This document shows, piece after piece, positions 18,711 to 28,893 of a DNA stretch of 64,000 bases. The translations under genes and the position numbers were made by a program. The notes under the pieces were generated by a model. It saw only the letters and a list, made by a program, of their open reading frames with translations. It was not told the origin of the DNA and made no database searches. How positions within the stretch are numbered: the stretch's first letter is position 1; the number at the start of each line of letters is the position of its first letter. The DNA comes from an uncultured Candidatus Saccharibacteria bacterium (lineage in GTDB: Bacteria > Patescibacteriota > Minisyncoccia > Phycocordibacterales > CAIZLB01): the NCBI GenBank assembly GCA_964450605.1, contig CAYVEK010000002.1:199805-263804 (forward strand). Direction: 5' to 3'.

Positions 18711-20148
18711 ACATTGGAGTATCTGGCATCTTTCGCTCTTCTATACAATCAATAATCTTTGGCACACTATGTGGTAATACCGGTTCTGCAAAAGTTGTAA
18801 GAATGTAAAACTTTTCCATCATAGCAGAAACAAGCTCTCGTGCTTTTTCCGGATCAACCTTAAATAACTTAAATGGCTCTGTTTCTTGAATCCAAGTATC
18901 TATAGAAGCAAACTCCTTCCATATACATGAAGTATATCCGGTAAGATCTGTGTTATTTAAAAAACTGTCGGCTTTTTGTTCAACTTCAGACCAGTACGCG
19001 CTCTCTCTAACCTGGATAGGATCAAATCGCGCATCATAACTAATCATCATTTTCAAAAGTCTATTGCACAAATTACCAATACCATTTGCAAGATGCGCAT
19101 TGTATGAAGCAACAATCAAATCTTTTGACACCTCTCCATCATCAAGCAAAGGAACATCGTGAGTGAAATAAAATCGCAAACCTTCTGCCCCAACAAGATC
19201 CATCATCTCGATCGGATCAATAATATTTCCAAGAGTTTTTGACATCTTCTTTCCCCCAGATTGCATAAGGCCTGTAACAAGTATCTTTTTGGGTAAAGAT
19301 AATCCTGCAGACATGAGCATACCTGGCCATATCGCAGCATGAAAACGTAATATATCTTTCCCTATCACATGTATTGCTTCTGGCCAAAAACGCTTCATAA
19401 GACTATCATCTGAACCCCCAAAGCCTAAGGCTGATATGTAGTTTGTCAGCGCATCTCCCCACACATATATAGCTTGAGTATCATCACCTGGTACTAAAAT
19501 AGCATTAGGTTGTCCGTGATATGGTCGAGAAAAACTTATATCATCAAGCCCATCCCGAAGTACTGTGAGTATTTCATTTTTTCGAGCATCGGGTGCTATA
19601 TATAACTCACCACTTTCGATGGCTCCTATAATCTTATTTGTGTATTTAGATAATTTGAAAAAATAATTTTTTTCTTTAACTTTTTCTGGTTCAGTATCAT
19701 GAAGTGGACATTTGCCTTCGACTAAATCTTTTTCTGTTTTAAAACTTTCACAACCAACACAATAAAGACCTTCGTACACACCTTCGTATATATCTCCAGC
19801 TTTTTCTAAACGCTTCCACATCTCCTGAACCCCAGGATGGTGATGAATGTTGTCGGTAGTTCTTATGTATCTATCGTATGATATGTGTAATCTATCAAAC
19901 AATACCTTTGTCTCCTCTGCCTGAGCATCAAGAAAACTCATAACCTCAAGACCTTTTTCCTTGGCAGCTTTTTCAATCTTAAGACTGTTCTCATCGGCAC
20001 CAGTTAAGAAAAAAGTAGGTCGACCAAGTAGGCGTGCCAAACGAGAAAATACATCACAGACAACTGTTGGGTAGGTATTACCAATATGTAGTTTTCCGTT
20101 AGGGTAAAATATAGGGGTCGTTATATAGAAAGGTGTTTTGTCTGACAT
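18676..20148 (-). CDS. metG: Methionyl-tRNA synthetase.
   Basis: HIGN (HIGH-like) motif, KMSKT motif, and the CxxC...CPLH zinc knuckle. Confidence 0.9.
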   Translation of the reverse strand: MSDKTPFYITTPIFYPNGKLHIGNTYPTVVCDVFSRLARLLGRPTFFLTGADENSLKIEKAAKEKGLEVMSFLDAQAEETKVLFDRLHISYDRYIRTTDNIHHHPGVQEMWKRLEKAGDIYEGVYEGLYCVGCESFKTEKDLVEGKCPLHDTEPEKVKEKNYFFKLSKYTNKIIGAIESGELYIAPDARKNEILTVLRDGLDDISFSRPYHGQPNAILVPGDDTQAIYVWGDALTNYISALGFGGSDDSLMKRFWPEAIHVIGKDILRFHAAIWPGMLMSAGLSLPKKILVTGLMQSGGKKMSKTLGNIIDPIEMMDLVGAEGLRFYFTHDVPLLDDGEVSKDLIVASYNAHLANGIGNLCNRLLKMMISYDARFDPIQVRESAYWSEVEQKADSFLNNTDLTGYTSCIWKEFASIDTWIQETEPFKLFKVDPEKARELVSAMMEKFYILTTFAEPVLPHSVPKIIDCIEERKMPDTPMFAKLLHHNEVF

Positions 20149-20201
20149 ACCCCCATACTAGCAGAGCTAAAGCCTTTTCTCCAGCTCTATAATGTGCTGT
20201 T

Positions 20202-21263
20202 TTATTCTTCAGCAATCATCCTCTTCCGCCGGTTATGATCATCAAGATATTCAACTATAAGCACAGCTATAGGAATAGATAGAAGTACTCCGACAAAACC
20301 AGCAAGTTCGACACCGGCAACGAGTGATATGATAACAAGAAGTGGTGGAACACCTGTAACCTTTTTCATAACTATAGGATACAAAACATGGGATTCTATC
20401 TGATGAATCACGGTAAACAAAATAACAACTATAAGAGCAACACCCATACCTCCTTTTATCAAGGTAAACAAAAATGCTAATATCGTTGCGATAAATATTC
20501 CAATGATAGGAATAAATTCAAGAAGTCCAGCAATAAGTGCAAGCAAGAACACGTGCTGTATTTGATTTCCTAAAAATATCTTACAAATACCTAAGCCGAT
20601 AGCCATAAGTACAAACACTGTACCCATAAGCATAAATTGTCCTTGTATCCACTTACCTATCTTGTCCTGCACCCTGTCCCACAAGCTTATAACATATCCT
20701 TCGTATTGACGCGGAGTCACCATCCCTAAAAACCGTGCAACACCTCTCTCTTCGACCGATAGATATATAGACAAAACCAGTACAAGTATGAGACTAACAA
20801 TACCTCCAAAGAACCGCGTTACAGTGTCAAAAATACCTCCAACAAAATCAGAAAATGATGCTGTGATGAGGCCGACCAAATCTTCCATAGAAATACTCTG
20901 AGGAACTTCAGGGAAAACTTTTTTAACAGATGTATATAAACTCTTTTGTATTGGGTTTAATATATCAGCGGTTTTAATAGTTCCCGGAAGAGAGTTTATG
21001 GCACTAAATGTCTCTTTAATAAGCGGAGGAAGAGCAATAAATATAAACGAAGCGAACGCAAGAACTACAATACTATAGCTAAAAAATACAGCAGTGCCTC
21101 TTTTACTACCTCTCCGAGTAAAGAAACGTATCATCGGCTCCATGAAGGACGCTATAACTACCGCCACAAGCACCGACAAGATCAAGCCTTGCAACTTGCC
21201 CAAGGCTAAAAATACCAGTATTCCCCCTATAATCTTCGCAATAGAACCTCCTGTTATATTCAT
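20202..21263 (-). CDS. AI-2E family transporter (UPF0118/PerM-like), multi-pass membrane protein.
   Basis: About eight transmembrane helices. Size and topology are typical of the family. Confidence 0.7.
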   Translation of the reverse strand: MNITGGSIAKIIGGILVFLALGKLQGLILSVLVAVVIASFMEPMIRFFTRRGSKRGTAVFFSYSIVVLAFASFIFIALPPLIKETFSAINSLPGTIKTADILNPIQKSLYTSVKKVFPEVPQSISMEDLVGLITASFSDFVGGIFDTVTRFFGGIVSLILVLVLSIYLSVEERGVARFLGMVTPRQYEGYVISLWDRVQDKIGKWIQGQFMLMGTVFVLMAIGLGICKIFLGNQIQHVFLLALIAGLLEFIPIIGIFIATILAFLFTLIKGGMGVALIVVILFTVIHQIESHVLYPIVMKKVTGVPPLLVIISLVAGVELAGFVGVLLSIPIAVLIVEYLDDHNRRKRMIAEE

Positions 21264-21297
21264 ATGCCTATGGTAGCATATTTTTTATCGAAAAAGA

Positions 21298-21876
21298 CTA
21301 TTTTTTTGCTTTTGGGTTTACGTCCGGAACTACTGCATTTAGAAAATCATCCTCACTCATCTGACGATATGCATAACATGCATTTGATCCTTTATATCTC
21401 TTCATGTTAGCAGGTGATACAAAAGCATGCATGATCGGAGAAAATTCAGTAGTACCATCCTGATTACCCGCTTCATCATAATGCACTATTTTAGCTTTTA
21501 TAAGAAGAGCTTCTGTACATTTGTTTCGGACACTACATACCATATTTTTTTTAATCTCTGGGAAGATATATGCCTCTGTTCTTGGTGTTGTTACTTTTTT
21601 TGTATTATCTACAAACCATGCAAATATACACTGATCACCTTGCTTTTTTGCCTCTGGGTTATAGTCACAAGCATTAACATGCATACAACCAACACCTCGT
21701 TGTCCCATATATTCAGCATCACTGGGATCAATATAGTGCCCATCGCCTGTTGATGCTTTTTTAATATCTACAGCAGCCGCTGTGTTATTTTTATTTTGAA
21801 TAACTGTTTTAACGTTAAAAACTATAGTGGTTACTATAACCGCCGCTAAGACAACAAGTGTTAGTACTTTTTTCAT
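21298..21876 (-). CDS. Secreted Cys-rich hypothetical protein, 192 aa with eight cysteines.
   Basis: ORF track. N-terminal anchor or signal MKKVLTLVVLAAVIVTTIVF. Confidence 0.5.
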   Translation of the reverse strand: MKKVLTLVVLAAVIVTTIVFNVKTVIQNKNNTAAAVDIKKASTGDGHYIDPSDAEYMGQRGVGCMHVNACDYNPEAKKQGDQCIFAWFVDNTKKVTTPRTEAYIFPEIKKNMVCSVRNKCTEALLIKAKIVHYDEAGNQDGTTEFSPIMHAFVSPANMKRYKGSNACYAYRQMSEDDFLNAVVPDVNPKAKK

Positions 21877-21908
21877 ATACTATATATTGTATCTTCACCT
21901 GCAGAGAA

Positions 21909-23456
21909 CTACAATAACGTATCTATATTTTCAATGTTGACAACTTTTTGCTCTCCACTATCTCTATCTCGAACAGTTACAGTACCTTTTTCAAGAGAAT
22001 CAAAATCAACAGTTACACACAAAGGTGTACCTATCTCATCCTGTCTTCGATATCTCTTACCAATAGAACCTGTCTCATCGTACACTATCTTTGAGGCTGG
22101 TATACCGTTTTTCTGAGCAAGCTCTCGTAGTTTCTGCCAAACCTCTTTTGCTTTTGCAATAAGTTCTGGTTTGTTTTTCAACAGAGGAAATACAGCAACT
22201 CGATATGGTGCAACTGCTGGTGAAAGTTTTAGAAACGCTCGTTCTTCCCCACCCAGATTGTCTACACTGTATGCCGTGGCAAGAACAGCAAGAACAGTTC
22301 TATCGAGTCCAAATGACGGCTCAATACAATGTGGTGTAAACCTCTCTTTTGCCTCTTCATCAAAATATGAAAGATCAACTTTTGATCCATCAGTATGTGC
22401 TTTTAAGTCAAAGTCTGTTCTGTATGCTAAACCGTATAACTCTTTTTTTCCAAACGGAAAATCGTACTCGAAATCTATAGTTCGAGCTGAATAGTGTGCT
22501 CTGTCTTCAGGAGCAATCTCAAGTTCATGGAGCTTTGCTTTGTCAAGACCGATGTCAAGGATAAAGTTCCAAACCTCTTTTCTGAATTCTTCAAATGAAG
22601 TTTCCCAGTTTTTAGGATCAACAAAATATTCTATCTCCATCTGCTCAAACTCTCGAACTCGAAAAACAAAATCTCGCGGAGCGATTTCATTTCGAAAGGC
22701 TTTACCGATCTGTCCCATACCAAATGGAAGCCGTGGATGAAATGTATCAAGAATATTTTTAAAGTTTACAAACATACCTTGTGCAGTTTCTGGGCGAAGA
22801 TAGACAACATTTTCATCTGACTCGATAGCACCGATGTTTGTTTTGAACATCATGTTGAACTGACGAGGTTCGTTCCATCTTTTTTTCTTACTACAGTTTG
22901 GACATTCTACATGCTGATTTAAAAAATCCTGAGCAATAATTCCTATATATTTGCTAGCATCTATCATTTGTTTACGAAAAGAATCTTCCAGTTCAGCAAT
23001 ACTCATATTCTGATGAAAACTATCACCGGAATCTTTTTGTTCTTTGAATTGTTGAACTATTAGTTTCTGATCCATTCTGGTCTTTGCCATAAATTCAGCA
23101 TAAGGCCCCTCATCCACAATCTGATCAACTCTAAATCTCTTCTTACAATCCAAACACTCAACCAACGGATCAGCGAAACCGCCAACATGACCTGAAGAAA
23201 CCCAAGTCTTTTGATTCATAAGAATGGCAGCGTCCATACCATACATATCAGTTCTGTCATCAACAAAACGCTTCCACCAAAGACGCTTGATAGCATCCTT
23301 AAGCATCACACCGAGTGGACCATAATCCCATGTACCAGCGAGTCCTCCATATATCTCAGAGCCTTGATAGATAAAACCCCGTCTTTTACACAGAGAAATC
23401 AAGTCCTCCATACTTACTTTCTTATTGTCTGCCATAATACACCCACTATAGCACAA
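21909..23456 (-). CDS. glyQS: Glycyl-tRNA synthetase, alpha2-dimer (GlyQS) type.
   Basis: RRGFIYQGSEIYGGLAGTWDYGPLG motif and a class II core with an anticodon-binding domain. The probable start is the ATG at 23436 (MADNKK). Confidence 0.9.
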   Translation of the reverse strand: MCYSGCIMADNKKVSMEDLISLCKRRGFIYQGSEIYGGLAGTWDYGPLGVMLKDAIKRLWWKRFVDDRTDMYGMDAAILMNQKTWVSSGHVGGFADPLVECLDCKKRFRVDQIVDEGPYAEFMAKTRMDQKLIVQQFKEQKDSGDSFHQNMSIAELEDSFRKQMIDASKYIGIIAQDFLNQHVECPNCSKKKRWNEPRQFNMMFKTNIGAIESDENVVYLRPETAQGMFVNFKNILDTFHPRLPFGMGQIGKAFRNEIAPRDFVFRVREFEQMEIEYFVDPKNWETSFEEFRKEVWNFILDIGLDKAKLHELEIAPEDRAHYSARTIDFEYDFPFGKKELYGLAYRTDFDLKAHTDGSKVDLSYFDEEAKERFTPHCIEPSFGLDRTVLAVLATAYSVDNLGGEERAFLKLSPAVAPYRVAVFPLLKNKPELIAKAKEVWQKLRELAQKNGIPASKIVYDETGSIGKRYRRQDEIGTPLCVTVDFDSLEKGTVTVRDRDSGEQKVVNIENIDTLL

Positions 23457-23462
23457 AATGGG

Positions 23463-26400
23463 CTATATTCCATTGATAGCTTTTCGTGTAGCTGGACCAA
23501 GTCTGCCGTTTGCTGGCTTTATATTATTGGCTTTTTGAAACTTAATCAATGCATTTTTTGTCGCCGGACCAAACGCACCATTTTCTTTACCAGGAGAACC
23601 TGGACCCTTTTTTGCTATAACAAAGCCTTTTTTGTTTAAGAACTTTTGCAACTCCTTTACATCATTATTCTGATCACCAACTTGCAGATTTTTTTTAAAT
23701 ACAAAGCCTCCATTTTTATTTTCTACAGGCTTTTTAACCTGTAACTCCTCTGGCACAGGCAATGGAACGTTTCCACCCTGCGGACCAATGATTCTATTTC
23801 CTTCTACAGAAAACCGTATGACGTAGTCTGTTGTATTTTCATTTGCATTTGTATCAACACATCTGACGTAATATACATAGGCAGTTCCCTCTGTCACATC
23901 CACACTTTTTACATGTTGTGTTCCTCCGGTTGTAGAAAATGTATTTGCAATACTTGCATATACAGTATTTGGCGCAATACCATATCGACATGTTGCTGGT
24001 TCATTTGTATCCACCGATATATTAACACTACGTGTTCCGAGTGGAAGTATGGCACTTGGTTGACCATTTGTAATGATTGCAGGAGTTGAATCTGGGACAG
24101 CCGCTGTTGTAAATATATAATCACTACTTACTGCCACGTTATTTGATGGATCTGTAGCTGTGATACGGAAATGATATGGAGTAGAACCTGTAAGTCCTGT
24201 CAAAGAAACAGAATGGTTTGTTGCACCGAGTGATGTTGATGCTGTGCCGTATGATACAGTTGTTCCAAAGTCTATATAGGAAGTAGCAGTTTCATTTGTT
24301 GTCCAAGAAATAGTTGCTGTTGTTATATTCGTTGAAGAAGAGATTGCTGAAATAACAGGAGCGGTCACATCTGCTTGTGTTGTAAATATGAGATCAGAAG
24401 ATGTGGCTAAGTTGCCTGACGCGTCCCATGATGATATTCGGTAGTGGTATGCAGTATTTAAAGTTAGTCCTGATAATACGAAACGATGACTTGTTGTTGA
24501 TACATTTGATGATGACGCTGTGCCATATGAAGTAGTAAGTCCAAAATCGATAGTTGATGTAGCAACTTCGTTAGTGTTCCATGTTATGGTTGCTGTTGTA
24601 AATGTAGTTGACGATGCGATATTTGATAGAACTGGTGGTACATTATCTATAGTATTAAATGTAGCATCGCTCGTTGTTGATGTATTTCCAGCAGCATCAG
24701 TTGCGACTATTATGTAATGATATGTGGTTGCAGATGTAAGCCCTGTCAGAGACACAGAGTGGTTTGTTGTGCCAAGTGATGTTGAAGCTGTGCCGTATGA
24801 AGTAGTTGGACCTATATAGAGTACTGATGTTGCAGGCTCATCCGTTGTCCAAGATATGCTTGCCGTAGTTATGCCCGGAGTAACATTAACACCAGACGTG
24901 ACAGGTGGAGTAACATCAAAACCCCAGTTAGTGTTGTTACCGGCATTTACCATTGTTCCATTTATACTTACAGGTGTAACGTTTGTGTTATTACTGTCTT
25001 TAACATTTGTATACGAAACACTTCGAGTGCCTTGTGGATTTACATTCCACTGAACACCGTTTGAGGTTGACCTTAGCGAGAGTAGGTTTCCAGATACACC
25101 ATTTACGATCCAGTTGTTTGTAATAGTTTGCGTCTGCCCCGCTCCAAATGTAAGAGTATCGGCAGAAGATACGGTTTTAACAAAATTATAAAATGTTGTT
25201 GTTCCTGTTATGGTTTGGTTTGTACCTGTAAATGTTGTCGTTCCATTTCTTGCATTAAATGTTCCTATGTTTGACCAGTTACCACCTACATTTAATCCAT
25301 AATTAGAAGCAGTGACATCTAAAGTACCTGAATTTATCTGTAGATTTTGAGAGACAGTTAAGGCAGCCGGTAGACTGAGTGTTGTCGTTGACCCACCTTG
25401 TATCACCAGATTTTGATAGGCAATATTTTTAAGAGTGTATGAAGCACCTGTACCCTCATAAAGAGCAGTCGACCCTGATGAAAATGTTGTAGTAGATATT
25501 GTTTCGCTTCCGTGAAGTTTAAGTGTACCGCTCGCACCTATAGTAGTTGTTGCAAATGTGTATGAGAAGTTATTTAGACGTAACGTTCCAGTTGCAACGT
25601 TCATCGTTCCACTAAACAACGTTGTCCACGCAGATCCTAGTCCCACTTCACCTGAAGTTTTATTGACCGTCCAATCACTAGCAGCGTTTATAATTCCAAA
25701 TGTTTTATTCATTGTTTGAACTCCGGCACCATTAAATACAATATCTCCCAGCAAGGTTACGCTTCCATCCAACATCTGTATATCACCACCAACATATGTT
25801 GTTAGAGGAAAAGTCGAACCTCCACCAAAACTGAGAGAACCTCCGACGGTTGTTGATGCGAATATAAGAGAACCTCCTACATTTAGATTTCTATTTGTGT
25901 TACTAATGTTTGATACGACTGAATACGATCCTCCGCCTGAGTTTGTATTTTGTATTGTTAGATTGCCCAAGATATTTATATCTGAAGCAATGTTTGCTGA
26001 AGCCGAGCTTCCTGAAGAACCCCCGTACTCAAATGACATGTGGTTAAATGTCATAGTACCGAAGTTTAATACTGGATTTATACCTGAACTCAATATGACA
26101 CTTGTTGTGCCATTGTTGTGATTAAACGTTCCACTATAGTATGTAAACGGACCAGCGATAGTCAACAGTCCATTCGGTGTTGCTTCTATATTTCCTCCAT
26201 TCATCGTTGTTGATGCAAATACTGTTGAACTGGCAGCTTGTATTGTTCCAGTACTATGAAATAGTGATGTGATGGTATACGTTGCCGGCCCTGTAGGGTT
26301 AAATGTGGTGCCAGGTGCAACAATCACACCTCCTGTAGTAAATGTAAATGCTGTTGATGAAAATTGAAAATCGCTCGCAGAGTCTGGTTGTAAAATCTGT

Positions 26401-28841
26401 GATCCAGAAAAGTTTGCAGACAGTGCCAAGTTGCCTGATCCAGTGTCATACCAGTCACTAAAAGAAGATATTGTTCCTGCAGTTTTTGTTAAGGTCTGGG
26501 TGCTACTGCTTGCAAATGTCACGTCAGCATTTAAAGTAACACTACTATCATTCATTATAAAATCTCCACTTACAACAAAGTTTATTGGGTATGTGGATGC
26601 TCCGTTGCCCACATTCAAAGTTGCTGCACTTGAAGTAGTAGGCATCATCAGCTTTCCCCCGACTGTTATAGTTCGAGTTGTTCCTGATAGGTTTGATAAA
26701 AATGTGAAGCTACCTCCTCCACTGTTAGTGTTCTGTACAAAGAAATCTCCAGTAACCGTCATATCTGATGCGAGGCTTAAAATTCCCGCTACTCCAGACG
26801 CGTTAGCATAATCAACAACAACATTGTTAAACACCGCACTGTTTGGAGTGATAGTAGCGTTCAAAGCAGGAGGCATTAAGAAGCTCGATGTACCGTTGTT
26901 GTGATTAAATGTTCCACTTATAAACCAAAAAGCTCCTGTAAATGTCGTTGTACTATTTGAGGCAGCATTAAATATACCACCGTTTATAGTTGTGGAAGCA
27001 AACACTGTTGAACTTGATGCCACAATCGTTCCTACATTGTGTATCAGGTTAGCGATCGTATAAGTAGACGGGCCTAGTGGTGTAAATGTGGTGCTTGTTG
27101 CGACAATCACAGAGCCGGTTGTAAATGTAAATGAAGTTGTTACAAAGTTAAAGTCCGTTGGATCATTTGGAAACAAAATCTGTGATCCAGAAAAGTTTGC
27201 AGACAGTGCCAAGTTGCCTGATCCAGTGTCATACCATCGACTTGTGTTACTTATCGTTCCGGCAGTTTTGGTTAAAGTTTGAGTGCTACTACTTGCAAAT
27301 GTTACATCTCCGAAAAAAGTTATCCCTGAGTCTGCCATATCGAAGTTACCAGACAAAATAATATTTACCGTGTTAGTACTACCCGGAGCAACACTGATTC
27401 CACCTGTGGCAGAGGTACTTGGCATAGACAGGTTTCCGCCTACTGTTATGTTTCGCGTTGTTGTTGATAGGTTTGATTGTATGGTTAACGTCTGACCACT
27501 TGCATCAGTGTTTAACAATATAAGGTTTCCACTTATAGTCATGTCTGAGGCCAAGTTTGCAGTAAAACCACCAGCACCTCCCGATCTATCAAATATCACA
27601 TTATTGAATACAACCGCACCTGGAGTTATTGTATAGGTTGATAAAAATTTAAATAATATATTTCCTGTTCCAGCATTAAATGTTCCACTTGTATACGTAA
27701 AGTTTCCCGTCATTGTGGTGGTACCGGATCCAGCATTAAATGTTCCACCTGTTTGGTTAAATCCAAATATAGTTGTACTTCCATTTGAGTTAAATGTACC
27801 AGTTGAAAGGTTAAAAGCATTGAATGAATATGAAGATGCGCCTGCGGGGCTGAAGGTTGTTCCTGTTGATATAGATATATCTCCAGCAGTAAACGTAAAT
27901 GGAGTTGCGACAAAGTTGAAATCGTCATCACTATCAGTATTAAGTTTTTGGTTACCTGAGAAGTTGGCGGTAAGTATGAAATTACCTGTTCCTGTATCAT
28001 ACCAATCACTTAAGTTATTTATACTTGCAGAACTGTTTTTATTTATAGTTTGATTGCTTGAACTCGCAAAAAAAGTATCAGAGTTGTATACAACGTTTGC
28101 ATCCGTTATATCAAAGTTTCCATAGACAGTTGTATTGAAGTTGAAGGTGGCACCTCCACCAAAAGAAACGTTTCCTGACCCTGACGTACTTGGAAACACC
28201 AGATTTCCGAGTATGGTTATATTTTTTGATGCAGAAACACTAGATTGCAATGTTACCCCAGAACTACTACTTGCATTTAGTAAGTACATGTTTCCATTAA
28301 CCGTCATGTCTGAACCAAGATTTACAGTTATGTTTGAGGCGGGACCGGTACGACCAAACGCTACATTGTAAAATGTATTTCCATTTGGAGTAACTGTCGC
28401 GTTGGCAGAACTCAAAAACTCCATCATTCCATTGTTATGATTAAAAATTCCAGCGTTGATTATAAAACTATTATTAACGGTAGTTGTTGCCGCAGAGGCG
28501 GTGAAAGTTCCATCTGATTGAGTGAAGCTTGCTAAAGCAATAGTTTGCGCAGAGCTGGCTGGAGCAATAGTTCCTGTATATCCACTATTTATGGTTAAAC
28601 CAAATATTACAATAGATGTGTCTATTGTTGCATTTTTTGTGGAAACTGAAGAAAAGATAACAGAGTCTGCTGAGGTTGGGCAAATATCAGAAGACCAGTT
28701 TGCACATGTTGACCAGTTGTTATCAGCTCCTCCACCATCCCATGTATAAGTAGCAGCTCGAGTCAGTGAAGGAAACGTAAGCAAGAAAAAAGAGCATATA
28801 AAAACTACTACCGATGCTTTTTTTTCAAAAAAACGTTTCAT
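23463..28841 (-). CDS. Giant (1792 aa) secreted surface protein with a signal peptide, roughly 250-aa tandem repeats, an FN3-like domain array (3-4 copies) and a C-terminal peptidoglycan-binding domain.
   Basis: Signal MKRFFEKKASVVVFICSFFLLTFPSLTRA. Repeated SANFSGSQIL...FTFTTG blocks. Repeated TDEPATS...YGTASTS...TGLT..TTYHY FN3-like units. C-terminal VKELQKFLNKKGF...FGPATKNALIKFQ PG_binding_1-like module. Confidence 0.8.
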   Translation of the reverse strand: MKRFFEKKASVVVFICSFFLLTFPSLTRAATYTWDGGGADNNWSTCANWSSDICPTSADSVIFSSVSTKNATIDTSIVIFGLTINSGYTGTIAPASSAQTIALASFTQSDGTFTASAATTTVNNSFIINAGIFNHNNGMMEFLSSANATVTPNGNTFYNVAFGRTGPASNITVNLGSDMTVNGNMYLLNASSSSGVTLQSSVSASKNITILGNLVFPSTSGSGNVSFGGGATFNFNTTVYGNFDITDANVVYNSDTFFASSSNQTINKNSSASINNLSDWYDTGTGNFILTANFSGNQKLNTDSDDDFNFVATPFTFTAGDISISTGTTFSPAGASSYSFNAFNLSTGTFNSNGSTTIFGFNQTGGTFNAGSGTTTMTGNFTYTSGTFNAGTGNILFKFLSTYTITPGAVVFNNVIFDRSGGAGGFTANLASDMTISGNLILLNTDASGQTLTIQSNLSTTTRNITVGGNLSMPSTSATGGISVAPGSTNTVNIILSGNFDMADSGITFFGDVTFASSSTQTLTKTAGTISNTSRWYDTGSGNLALSANFSGSQILFPNDPTDFNFVTTSFTFTTGSVIVATSTTFTPLGPSTYTIANLIHNVGTIVASSSTVFASTTINGGIFNAASNSTTTFTGAFWFISGTFNHNNGTSSFLMPPALNATITPNSAVFNNVVVDYANASGVAGILSLASDMTVTGDFFVQNTNSGGGSFTFLSNLSGTTRTITVGGKLMMPTTSSAATLNVGNGASTYPINFVVSGDFIMNDSSVTLNADVTFASSSTQTLTKTAGTISSFSDWYDTGSGNLALSANFSGSQILQPDSASDFQFSSTAFTFTTGGVIVAPGTTFNPTGPATYTITSLFHSTGTIQAASSTVFASTTMNGGNIEATPNGLLTIAGPFTYYSGTFNHNNGTTSVILSSGINPVLNFGTMTFNHMSFEYGGSSGSSASANIASDINILGNLTIQNTNSGGGSYSVVSNISNTNRNLNVGGSLIFASTTVGGSLSFGGGSTFPLTTYVGGDIQMLDGSVTLLGDIVFNGAGVQTMNKTFGIINAASDWTVNKTSGEVGLGSAWTTLFSGTMNVATGTLRLNNFSYTFATTTIGASGTLKLHGSETISTTTFSSGSTALYEGTGASYTLKNIAYQNLVIQGGSTTTLSLPAALTVSQNLQINSGTLDVTASNYGLNVGGNWSNIGTFNARNGTTTFTGTNQTITGTTTFYNFVKTVSSADTLTFGAGQTQTITNNWIVNGVSGNLLSLRSTSNGVQWNVNPQGTRSVSYTNVKDSNNTNVTPVSINGTMVNAGNNTNWGFDVTPPVTSGVNVTPGITTASISWTTDEPATSVLYIGPTTSYGTASTSLGTTNHSVSLTGLTSATTYHYIIVATDAAGNTSTTSDATFNTIDNVPPVLSNIASSTTFTTATITWNTNEVATSTIDFGLTTSYGTASSSNVSTTSHRFVLSGLTLNTAYHYRISSWDASGNLATSSDLIFTTQADVTAPVISAISSSTNITTATISWTTNETATSYIDFGTTVSYGTASTSLGATNHSVSLTGLTGSTPYHFRITATDPSNNVAVSSDYIFTTAAVPDSTPAIITNGQPSAILPLGTRSVNISVDTNEPATCRYGIAPNTVYASIANTFSTTGGTQHVKSVDVTEGTAYVYYVRCVDTNANENTTDYVIRFSVEGNRIIGPQGGNVPLPVPEELQVKKPVENKNGGFVFKKNLQVGDQNNDVKELQKFLNKKGFVIAKKGPGSPGKENGAFGPATKNALIKFQKANNIKPANGRLGPATRKAINGI

Positions 28842-28893
28842 CTCTTATGTCTTATATTATATCGCCAATTCACCTATATATACAGTTGTATTT

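Noticed and set aside
23909-28749. Many 60-130-aa plus-strand ORFs inside the giant surface-protein gene.
   Set aside because: They are antisense or alternate frames of a long, confidently coding minus-strand gene whose low-complexity Thr/Ser/Gly codons suppress stop codons on the opposite strand.
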